A DNA stretch of 64,000 bases, taken from positions 7,874,001-7,938,000 of the forward strand of contig NC_043022.1 in assembly GCF_006345805.1 (NCBI RefSeq), in the 5' to 3' direction. This DNA comes from Octopus sinensis (Eukaryota). Under the pieces are notes generated by a model. That model made no database searches. It worked only from the letters and a program-made list of their open reading frames with translations, and was not told the DNA's origin. Position numbers and translations under genes: made by a program. Shown here one piece after another: positions 50,591 to 60,830 of the stretch (the first letter of the stretch is position 1; every line of letters begins with the position of its first letter).

Positions 50591-51599
50591 ATATATATAT
50601 ATATATATACATTTCATTTTCCAACATTTCATCATTAAGAACATAGTGGTATATATATCTATATGTAGCTGAAGATTGCTCGACATTTTAAAACTGATGT
50701 AATCCTTACAGTGTTTAATAAAATGAAGTAGCATGAAACGATTGTACTACTCTACCTTGGATATCCTTGTTGCTTATTTTGATTATAATCACCCCATTTG
50801 ATTTATACGGATAATACCATTCAAAATTCTGGTGCCTTTAACTTAAGTACCATATTCATCTGAATCTAAATTTTGCTGAACTTATATATATATATATATA
50901 TATCATTATCATTATCATGTATTACTTATTTCCCAGGCTGGGATGGTTGAACAGTTCAACAGGATCTGATGAGCCAGGACTACATTGAAGTATGCATCCT
51001 CACAATTCTATTCATAATAATGTTTGTTTTGCAAGGAAGTGAGCTGGCTGAATAGTTAGCACACAAGGCAAAATGCTTAGTGGCTTTTCATCTCTCCTTA
51101 CATTCAGAGTTCAGATTCTATTGAGGTCGACTTTAATGTTCATCCTTCTGGTGTCGATAAAATAAGTACCAGTTGAGCGTTGGGGTTGATTTAATCAACT
51201 TACTCCCTCCCCTGAAATTGCTGGCCTTGTGCCAAAACTTGAAACCAATATTAATGTTTGGTTTTATGTTTGGTTTTGAGTTTATAAAAGCAATTTTACT
51301 TTCAATTGAAGAATTACTCAGTGTCTTTGGGTACATATTCTTTTACAAGAATAGTGATAACAATTGTTTTATGGAGAGTGGTAACATGGTAAACATAAGA
51401 AAATTACTATTTTTATATCTCACAACGTGAGATATTCAGCAACAGTACTTTGTAGTAAAGATTGTTTTCCAATATAACATGGCAGTCCTGGTTTAGGACT
51501 AATGTTGCTGTAATTTAGCTCCAGGACTAAATTACAGCAACATTAGTGACTCGCTGTTCTTGAGGATTCGAAGACCCGACAAATGAAGTGAGTTCATGC

Positions 51600-52032
51600 T
51601 CACAGGACAGCCTGTTGCGCTGACCTTGGATCGTAGAGTGACTCGCTGTTCTTATGGAGACCTGTTGAGTCAAGTTCGTCAACATAAAAAATTTGAATGG
51701 TAATTGTAGTTAAGATACCATTGCTGGTGACACGTAAAAGCACCGTTCAAGCGTAGCAGTTACTAGCGTCACCTGACTGGCATCCGTGTCGGTGACACAT
51801 AAAAGCACCAACCAATTGTGGCCGTTTGCCAGCCTGCGCTGGCTCCTGTGCCTGTGGCACGTAAAAAACACCCACTACACTCACGGAATGGTTGCCATTA
51901 GGAAGGGCATTCAGCTGTAGAAACACTGCCAAATCAGACTGGAGCCTGGTGCAGCCTCCATGGCTTACCAGACCCCGGTCGAACCGTCCAACCCATGCTA
52001 GCATGGAAAATGGACGTTAAATGATGATGATG
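51600..52032 (+). mobile_element. RTE 3' UTR fragment with (GAT)n tail
   Basis: Matches about 18240-18720. Confidence 0.85.
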
Positions 52033-52249
52033 ATTAGTCCTAAACCAGGACTGCCATGTTATATTGGCAAACAATCTTTACTGCATTCAAGACATAATCC
52101 TAAGAAACGTTTTGGGGAGGCCATCAAAAGCAACCTTAAGGCTTTTAGTGTGAACAGTGAAGATTGGGAGCAATTCACAGAAGACCAAGCAGTTTGGAAA
52201 GAAGTGGGTTCCCAAAAGAAACTGGAATTGTGCAATATTATTTTATTCA

Positions 52250-52880
52250 CTTAGTTTTACATGTTTACACTTTTATTGCCTTCAAAGTATTCTCCATTTG
52301 AAGCAGTGCATTGGTCCAGATGCATTTTCCACTGTTCGATGCCGTTCTGGAACTCTTGCAAAGTGATGCCTTTTAACACCTCCGTCATTCTTTCTTCACC
52401 ACTTCCATATCTGAAAATTCCATAGCACCAGCGTTCATCACCAGTGATGCCCTTCAAAATAAGGTCCGAATCAACTTCCAACTGTTCTTTCAGTTCACAA
52501 CACTTAGTGATGACTGCTTTTGATCTTCCTTGAGCAAGCAAGGCACAAATTTTTCTGCAACTCCTCATTCACAATTCCTTGCTCAAAATTTGTTGGTAGG
52601 AGCTCCAGGACACACCAGCCATATCAACAAATTCGTCACTTGTTTGGTGATCAATTTATTAATTTTCATGATGTTTTCATTCGTTCAGGAGGTCGACAGA
52701 CACCCTGAATGAAGTTAGTCTTCAAGTGACAAGTGTAAAAATTACTCGTAAACTTGTGTTTTGCTCATGGCAGCATCCTTGAAAGCTGTTTGAAGCATGA
52801 CAACTGTTTCAGCCAGTTTTCCCCAGCAGAAAACAGAATTTCACGGAAGCACACTGTTCCTTCATTTCAGCCATTGCAAA
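52250..52880 (-). mobile_element. Mariner-family transposon, internally deleted
   Basis: VKFCFLLGKT..., CCELKEQLEVD.DLI.K.ITGDE.WCYG (first DDD Asp) joined to LKGITLQEFQN..EQWK..LD.C..SNGEYFEG. Confidence 0.85.
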
Positions 52881-53194
52881 AACCAACAGGAGAAGCACTG
52901 CAAAACAAAGACACACCACATGGCAGTACAATTACACTTGAAGATGCCGGTCAGTTTGAATGTAAAACAGATAAAATATTTGAGTCAGATATGGCAAATT
53001 TAAATACTAAAGGGTTAAATTTGCCTGATGAGTCTGGATAATGTATGATGTAATCTATTATGACTACATTAAATAAAGATTTCTAGCAAAACAATTGTTG
53101 CAGATTTAAACTCCATTCATTTAGTATTTATTATATATTATGCATACATCATGTGTTGCACTCATTGAATGAAGCGAAGAAAATTCAGAATTAT

Positions 53195-53625
53195 GGTTTG
53201 CGCTCTTTCATGAAGTGAAAATCCTTAAATGGTCTGTTAGATATTGACTAATTTCGTTATCGTTGTTTATTTGAACAGCAACTTGGTCATTTCCTTTCGG
53301 CATGTACTTGATGATATATTTAACTGACCTCACTAAGGCAACGATTTAAACATTGCAGTGGCATTTGAATGCTCTAAAGGAGTTTCATGATAAGGCAGAG
53401 TTTGGTGGCACACCTGAACTAAAAATATAACTAGAAATATAGGGAAAAAAATAATATTCAGATTACACTGTGGTACACCTAGCATCATCTCGTGGTTCAC
53501 CACTGTGACGTGGCATACCAGTTGCGGAGCACTGTCGTAAGGTATAACCCATTTGTTGTTGATTGCTTTTCCATTCTTCTGAGAGTCAACTCCTCTCATT
53601 GCAGCTGATCTTCGTCTAGAAAGAG
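53195..53625 (-). mobile_element. Helitron Rep (HUH) domain fragment, interrupted by an about 150-bp insertion
   Basis: RRRS.......NGKAINNKWVIPY (53545-53620), then AFKCHCNV*IVALVRSVKYIIKYMPKGND......EISQY (53210-53375); matches Helitron YRRR, DNRWVVPYN, HINVE and KYxxKY motifs. Confidence 0.75.
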
Positions 53626-53999
53626 AGAGTTTCACTGTCAGCTTTCCTGCCTCTTGATTAAGATAATAAAGATTAATGTTTTATATAAATAAAATAGCAA
53701 TTTTCCCTTTTAAGAAAAAAAATTAAGTACCCTTAATTAAAAAAATATAAGGACTCTGAAAGTTATATAAATTATCAAGGGAAAGAAAAAGAAAATAAAA
53801 AGGACGGATGGCAGTAGCTACAGTGACTCTTTGAAGTGTTGCTACAAATCGACATTTTCAACTTGATTTTTTTTTCTTAAAGGGGGAAATGACTATTTTA
53901 TTTGTCATGTTTATCATCATAATCAAACAAAGGGCAGGAAAACGGATAAACTTTGAGTTTTAGTATAATACAGTTATTTTGTCCTTACGTTTGAAATGC

Positions 54000-54271
54000 A
54001 GAGTAGATGGAACAGGGACAACTGATGGAGGGGAATATTCTTTATGTTGCATGTCTCCTTTCTCAGTTTTTTCGTTGTTCGAAAAAAAAGTTCATTTTCT
54101 AGGTTTGTGTTTTTAAGTTTCATTTCTCATTGTGTTCAACGTTTTTTTGATGTCCTGTACCCATATATGTATCTATATATACATATAGATGTAGCTATGT
54201 ACATATATGTATGCATATATTATTTATATTATTATATGATCGAATACCACACATCCTTTTCCAAGTAAGTT
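54000..54271 (+). repeat. Dispersed repeat (probable PLE terminal repeat), inverted copy at 56395-56670
   Basis: GTAGA..GAACAGGGACAACTGA.G.AGGGGAATATT ... ATCCTTTTCCAAGTAAG shared. Confidence 0.65.
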
Positions 54272-54828
54272 GATATATATATTTATATATATATATATAT
54301 ATAAATATGTAGAAGGTTGAAAAGTAACACACACATTCATATGCACAAGGAAAATAGGACAAGATAAAAAATCCTAAAATAATTTTATTATGAAGAACAT
54401 TTTAGTACTGGTTTCAGTCTTTGTGACTTTTCAACTTAGAGTAAAGCATGAAAAGCAATTAAATTATGTAAAAATTAAATGAAATGTCTTTTAAAAATAT
54501 TTCCATAGTTTTCAAATACTTAGAACATTTTCCTTTTTACTGTCTCTCTTTTACTCTTGTGAAGGCTTGGTAGGTAGGTAGTAACAGATCTGCTATGACC
54601 TGCCTAGCGAACCTTCCAGAAAGTAAAAGAGAGAGAGAGACAGAAAAAAGGAAAATGTCAAAATGAGGAGTAGATAGACCGACGACAACTGATGAAGGAT
54701 CCTGCCTCTGCGTTTACTTGTCCTGTTTTCCATGTTTTTCTTGTTTTATACATATTTAACTCATTTGTTTACGTATTTTATGTTATTTGGTATTGTCCTG
54801 TACCCATATATGCATGTATGTGTGTATG

Positions 54829-54868
<40 letters not shown>

Positions 54869-54881
54869 ATTTATTATCTAA

Positions 54882-55279
54882 TCTTTATATATAAAAGTGA
54901 AGTTGTGTGTCTGTCTCCTACGATTTAGATTCCTAACTACTCCCACATTTTGCGGTGCAGTGTAACCAAAAGCGGGTATCTTATAGTCGTGATTTATATT
55001 GAGCCCTTCTGGGTATTAGCGCGCATCTACGATGAGTCTACGATTTAAAAAAAATTTACCATCATTTTTTCCCATTTTAATGCATTTTTTTCGCTATTAT
55101 ATAAGGGAAGTAACTCTCTAAAAATGTCTACGATGAGTCAACGATTTAAAAAAAAATTTACGATAATTTTTTTTCCATTTTTAATGCATTTTTTTGCTAT
55201 TTTTTGGCTATAACTCTCTAAAAATGCTTATATAGTTATTTCCCTTACAAGCCCGAGCAATGCCGGGCAATACTGCTAG
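54882..55279 (+). mobile_element. Non-autonomous Helitron, tandem copy 1
   Basis: A|TCTTTATATATAAAAG ... CCCGAGCAATGCCGGG-CAATACTG-CTAG|T; internal direct subrepeats. Confidence 0.85.
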
Positions 55280-55309
55280 TTGAATATAAAGCATCCATTT
55301 CAAAGTAAG

Positions 55310-55349
<40 letters not shown>

Positions 55350-55370
55350 TATAATATATATATATATATC

Positions 55371-55438
<68 letters not shown>

Positions 55439-55454
55439 ATTATTTATTATCTAA

Positions 55455-55853
55455 TCTTTATATATAAAAGTGAAGTTGTGTGTCTGTCCCCTACGATTTA
55501 GATTCCTAACTACTCCCACATTTTGCGGTGCAGTGTAACCAAAAACGGGTATCTTATAGTCGTGATTTATATTGAGCCCTTCTGGGTATTAGCGCGCGTC
55601 TACGATGAGTCTACGATTTAAAAAAAATTTACGATAATTTTTTTTCCATTTTTAATGCATTTTTTTCGCTATTATATAAGGGAAGTAACTCTCTAAAAAT
55701 GTCTACGATGAGTCAACGATTTAAAAAAAATTTACGATAATTTTTTTTCCATTTTTAATGCATTTTTTTGCTATTTTTTGGCTATAACTCTCTAAAAATG
55801 CTTATATAGTTATTTCCCTTACAAGCCCGAGCAATGCCGGGCAATACTGCTAG
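55455..55853 (+). mobile_element. Non-autonomous Helitron, tandem copy 2
   Basis: Near-identical to 54882-55279, with flanks also duplicated. Confidence 0.85.
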
Positions 55854-55883
55854 TTGAATATAAAGCATCCATTTCAAAGTAAG

Positions 55884-55951
<68 letters not shown>

Positions 55952-56044
55952 AGTGAAATGAACAGTTTACACCTGGTAGTTTACTGGTAAAGTACTTCAC
56001 TTTCACAGTGATCACTATGTATATGGTAAATGGAAGATACGAGA

Positions 56045-56272
56045 ATTTATTATTAATCACAACAATTGTTTTGACCCACCTATCACTGATCCCTCATGGG
56101 TGAGACATTCAACAACTGGTTCTGGAGCATCCAGCAGTGCAGATGTGTTTCATTGGGTGATAAATAGACACAACTTGTTAAAATAATTGTACCACAATGT
56201 ATCTTCCTATTTTGTAGAGAGAAAAGCAGCAAAATGAAGTAAATATTTTCATTTACATAGAAGATCAAAAAT
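56045..56272 (+). repeat. Unclassified dispersed repeat (copy 3 of 3)
   Basis: See 40010-40240. Confidence 0.75.
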
Positions 56273-56360
56273 AGGAGCCTGACCAGCTCCTGTCAAACTG
56301 TTCCACCCATGCCAGCATGGAAGGTGAACATTAAATGATGATGATGACAATACATATATG

Positions 56361-56392
<32 letters not shown>

Positions 56393-56394
56393 AA

Positions 56395-57310
56395 ACTTAC
56401 TTGGAAAAGGATGGGTGGCGTTCAATCATATAATAATATAATGATATATAAATATATGCATATATACATACATATATGTACATACCTACATCTATATGTA
56501 TATATACATGCATATATAGGTACAGGACATAAAAAAAAAAACGTTGAACACAATGAGAAATCATAAAAACAAAAGCATGGAAATGAACTTTTTTTCAAAC
56601 AACAAAAGAACAGAGTAGAAGACATCCAACACAAGGAATATTCCCCTTCTTCAGTTGTCCCTGTTTCGTCTACTCCACATTTTGAAGGTAAGGACAAGAC
56701 ACGACTTCGTTTAAACAGTCCTTCCTGCAAAGCAAATTAAATAAAATTTGGAATTTTTTGCGGAGGGGTAAAAGTGGTAACAAGAGCAGAACAGTGAGAA
56801 CAAAACAAGACAGTTGAAACAATAAAAGTAAAAACAGTAAAAGACAGAACAAAGAGAATAACACAGTAAAAATAAACGATGAGGGCTGTTAAGCCAAGAC
56901 GATGGAAAAATTATTCTGAACACTTAAGGAGACAGCTTATGAGAGAGACAGGATAAGCGGTCTGATCTTGGTGAAGATAGCAGTTGGAAAGATGGCTTCC
57001 GTCTGATCCCGTGTCAGTGACGAGAGAGTCGAGGAGGAGGAGGAGGGGTAAGAGAGAGGGAACGGTGAAGGGGAGAGGAGAAGAATAGGGAAGAGTGGGA
57101 TAAAAAACCTGAAAGGATGAAGAACAAGAGAGGGAGAGAGATAGACAGGAGAAATAGTAAAGGTGAAGAGTGCGCATCATAATTATTAAGATAAAACTTA
57201 CTCGGAAAAGGATGCGTGGCGTTCGATCATATAATAATATAAATAATATATATATACATATATGTATGTATATAAATATATATATACACACATATACATA
57301 CATACATACA
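56395..57310 (-). mobile_element. Probable decayed PLE 3' end with directly repeated terminal segment
   Basis: ACTTACT.GGAAAAGGATG.GTGGCGTTC.ATCATATAATAAT at both 56395 and 57197; a weak HRLG..P-like GIY-YIG end near 56880-56920. Confidence 0.5.
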
Positions 57311-58399
57311 CACACATATATATATATATATATATATTCTCATAGTTTGGATCTATGTGTTCAGAGGAAATTTGATAGATCTGCTAATTTTCACGCCTTA
57401 ACCCTGTTTAATGTCTACCATTGACTTCACTTTCCCTTGTTGCTTCTTTCTTTTTGTTTATAAAACATCATTACAACAACAACAACAACAACTACTACTA
57501 CTACTACTACTACTTCTTTTCTTTCACCTTAAGACCAACATCCCATTCAAATCCCCTGTTGAGCCAAGCTTTCAAAAATAGCAATAATACTTTCTTTTTG
57601 TTTTTTTTTGTTTTTTTGAATTATTAAAATTTTTAGTTGCAGCCCATTCCACCCTTTAATTGCTTCGTTATAAATTACATCAAAGCAATTCAATAACCTT
57701 TCTGAACTCTTATAAGAATATTCAAATTGATAAACCTCATTAATCAATGAAAATCTGATAAACCTGCCAAAACAATAAATCACAAGGGAATGGGGTATAT
57801 ATATAAACCATTAATGTTTTATATGTGGTTAATTTTTCCTGAATCTTAAATTCTAACTTATTTTATGTGCTCAACTACTTATATGTATGTATGCTCTATG
57901 TAATATATCTATTGACCCAAGGCATTGAACTGACAGAATCATTAGCATGCTGGGAAAAATGCTTAGTGGCATTTTGTCCATCTTTGTGTTCTGAGATCAT
58001 CTTTGCCTTTCATCCTTTTGGGGGTCAATTAAATAAGTACTTGTTGAACACTGGGGTCAATGTAATCAACTAACCCCTATCTGAAATTACTGGCCTTGTG
58101 CCAAAATTTGAAACCAATGTTTTATATGTGGTTAATTTTGTGTGAATCTTAAATTCTAATCTGACTTTATGTGCTCAACCATTTATATGTATGTATGCTA
58201 ACAGTACTGACCTGTGGCAGGGACAAAAAAACACCACTCCTTATTCTACTAGCCCTACAAACTAGTCCTACTAGTCCTACTAGCCCTTTGTTTACAGCCA
58301 CAACCACACACACACACATACACACACACACACACACACGTGTCATCATTGCACACATACACACGCACACGCAGACCTCTGTGCACGCACATATCCACA

Positions 58400-58710
58400 T
58401 TTACACACACATTCCCCCTCTACCATTCTGCTGTCTTTGACAATACTACTCTTCTGTCTTTGAAAACATCTTTCTTCACCCTTTTCCTTCCAGTCTTTCA
58501 AAATGTGACTTTGTGTGTACCGTTGGCGATTTTTTTCCCTCTGTCTTCCCTTCTCTGGATCTTTCCTGCTCCTATGTTTCCGACGAAGAGCTCCGCTCGA
58601 AACGTTAAACCCTCCTCCTTTCCTTCTTTCCTGAGCGTCCAATAATACTATATTTGTTCCACGTCCTCGCGTTGTTGTGTTTTTTTGTGCTTTCTTGTTT
58701 GGATTAACTT
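58400..58710 (+). mobile_element. Short element with hammerhead-like motif, related to family H
   Basis: GTTT-CCGACGA-A-GAGC-TCC-GCTC-GAAACGTT-AAAC at 58576-58610. Confidence 0.65.
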
Positions 58711-59036
58711 TATATATATATATATATATATATATCAGTCTAAAGCAGTGAACTAGCAGAATCATTTGCACACCAAACAAAATTGTTATACCTTTTATCC
58801 TTTTGGTGTCAAGTAAATAAATATGTTGAACATGTAGGGTTGATGTAATTGACTTAACTCCTCCCCAAAATTGCTGGCCTTGTGCCAAATTTGAAACAAA
58901 TGTTTTATATGTGGTTGATTTTTCCTGAATCTTAAATTCTAAACTTATTTTAAGTGTTCAACTAGTTGTATATATGTATGTTGTATGTTATATATATATA
59001 TATATATAATATATATATATATATATTATATATATG

Positions 59037-59303
59037 TTGTTGTATTTCGGAATAGTCATTTTGCCAGTTTAGCCAATAAAAACACACACACTATATATTT
59101 GGTGTTACTTTGCTTCAGTGTTATTTATTTTTTACATTAATCTTAATCTTATTTTGGCCAGAGTGTGACAAAAGAACTCTGGCCGAAATAAGATTAAGAT
59201 TAATGTAAAAAATAAATAACACTGAAGCAAAGTAACACCAAATATATAGTGTGTGTGTTTTTATTGGCTAAACTGGCAAAATGACCATTCCGAAATACAA
59301 CAA
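59037..59303. mobile_element. Near-perfect 128-bp-arm palindrome derived from the PLE tail at 26312-26425
   Basis: Arms 59037-59164/59176-59303, two mismatches seen, 11-nt spacer GTGACAAAAGA; the right arm plus spacer is colinear with the PLE tail. Confidence 0.92.
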
Positions 59304-59363
59304 TATCTGTTTCAACACACGATTTTACATAAAAAATCTTGCACAGAAATATATAAACGTATA

Positions 59364-59534
59364 GGCGCAGGAGTGGCTGTGTGGTTAGTAGCTTGCTAAC
59401 CAACCACATGGTTCCAGGTTCAGCCCCACTGCATGGCATCTTGGGCAAGTGTCTTCTACTATAGCCCCGGGCCGACCAATGCCTTGTGAGTGGATTTGGT
59501 AGACGGAAACTGAAAGAAGCCTGTCGTATATATG

Positions 59535-59602
<68 letters not shown>

Positions 59603-59795
59603 CTGTGTTTGTCCCCCTAGCATTGCTTGACAACCGATGCTGGTGTGGTTATGTCCCTGTCACTTAGCGGTTCAGCAAAAGAGATCGATAGAATAAGTAC
59701 TGGGCTTACAAAGAATAAGTCCCGGGGTTGATTTGCTTGACTAAAGGCGGTGCTCCAGCATGGCCGCAGACAAATGACTGAAACAAGTAAAAGAG
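59364..59795 (+). mobile_element. SINE family B, complete reference copy
   Basis: tRNA-like head (GGCTGTGTGGTTAG, GGTTCAGCCCC), GGCATCTTGGGCAAGTG core, (TA)/(TG) spacer, tail to ATGACTGAAACAAGTAAAAG; further fragments at about 12100(-), 12383, 12885, 13470(-), 23995, 30150, 41445(-), 45265(-), 47405(-) and 63150. Confidence 0.92.
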
Positions 59796-59989
59796 TATAT
59801 ATATATGTATATATATCAAAGTATGGGTGAGGATATAAACCTCGGAGGGATAAAAATACCCAATATTAAACTGGTTGAATACTTAACAATATAGGCACAT
59901 ACATATATATTATTATTAATATAATAAAAACCAAAAGAGAAAATGGAGATAAGATTAATAAAAGTTTATTAACACATTGACAAGACCAG

Positions 59990-60097
59990 ACCTACAATTG
60001 TTTCAATTCATCACTTGCAGCATAAAATCAACCAAATTTAATTTAATTTAACTAAATCAATTTATTTAATTACTACAAGTGAGAAAATCTTCAGGGA
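59990..60097 (-). ncRNA. Type I hammerhead-like motif with intact core and palindromic stem III
   Basis: Minus strand CC-CTGAAGA-TTTTCTCACTTGTAG-(AT-rich loop)-CTGCAAGTGATGAATT-GAA-ACAATTGT-A-GG; GUA cleavage triplet. Confidence 0.6.
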
Positions 60098-60359
60098 AAG
60101 ATGTACAAAGAAATTTATCATATTTAAAACATAATGAAAGTATTAAAATGGAAGAATATAGTGTACCATTAAAGTTAAAAATATAAACATTAATATATAT
60201 ATACATATATATACATTAATAAAAATAGATACAATTTTTTCGAAATTTTTTTCTCTTATGAGGTTTTTCACGCTAACTACCTGATAATTTCTTGTTAAGA
60301 TTCCTTATTAAGAAGTTATCCTTAATTGTTAAATTTATATATATATATATATATATAGT

Positions 60360-60548
60360 CACCATGATTGACTGCTAACTCCAAAAGTTTTTTTATTTTC
60401 TCTCTGTTTATTTCCTTGTACTCCTTTCTGTTGAAGAGCACAGGCTTGAAACGTAAAGGACTCTCACCTTCCTGAGTATCAAACTAATACACCTGCTTGT
60501 TGTTTATACACCTGTCTTCCTCTTTTGTTTTTCTGTAAATTTCAACAA
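60360..60548 (+). mobile_element. Family H hammerhead-like short element (copy 4, diverged)
   Basis: CCTTT-CTGTTGA-A-GAGC-ACAG-GCTT-GAAACGTA-AAGG. Confidence 0.75.
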
Positions 60549-60592
60549 TATATATATACACACAAACACATGCACACACACACACACATATA

Positions 60593-60830
60593 CAGAGTTG
60601 GCCAAAAGTCACCCGATGGTAAATCAAAAATTCCATAAATACTTAATATTTAATTTTATTTATTCATTCCAATTATGAATATTTAATAATTGAATACTGT
60701 GTGTTAAAATCACCATCCTTTTTCAACATTTGTCTATTTATTATCAGAGTCTCATATGAAATAATTTTCTGTTTTAATCCTGAAATTAAATGTTTTTGAT
60801 TTACTGTCAGGTGACTTTTGCCTCTCCCTG
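60593..60830. mobile_element. Tc1/mariner-type MITE
   Basis: TA|CAGAGTTGGCCAAAAGTCACCCGATGGTAAATCAAAAA ... TTTTTGATTTACTGTCAGGTGACTTTTGCCTCTCCCTG|TA. Confidence 0.85.

Noticed and set aside
16780-60548. Apparent plus-strand bias of hammerhead motifs
   Set aside because: Minus-strand motifs also exist (6290, 54410, 59990) and the numbers are too small.
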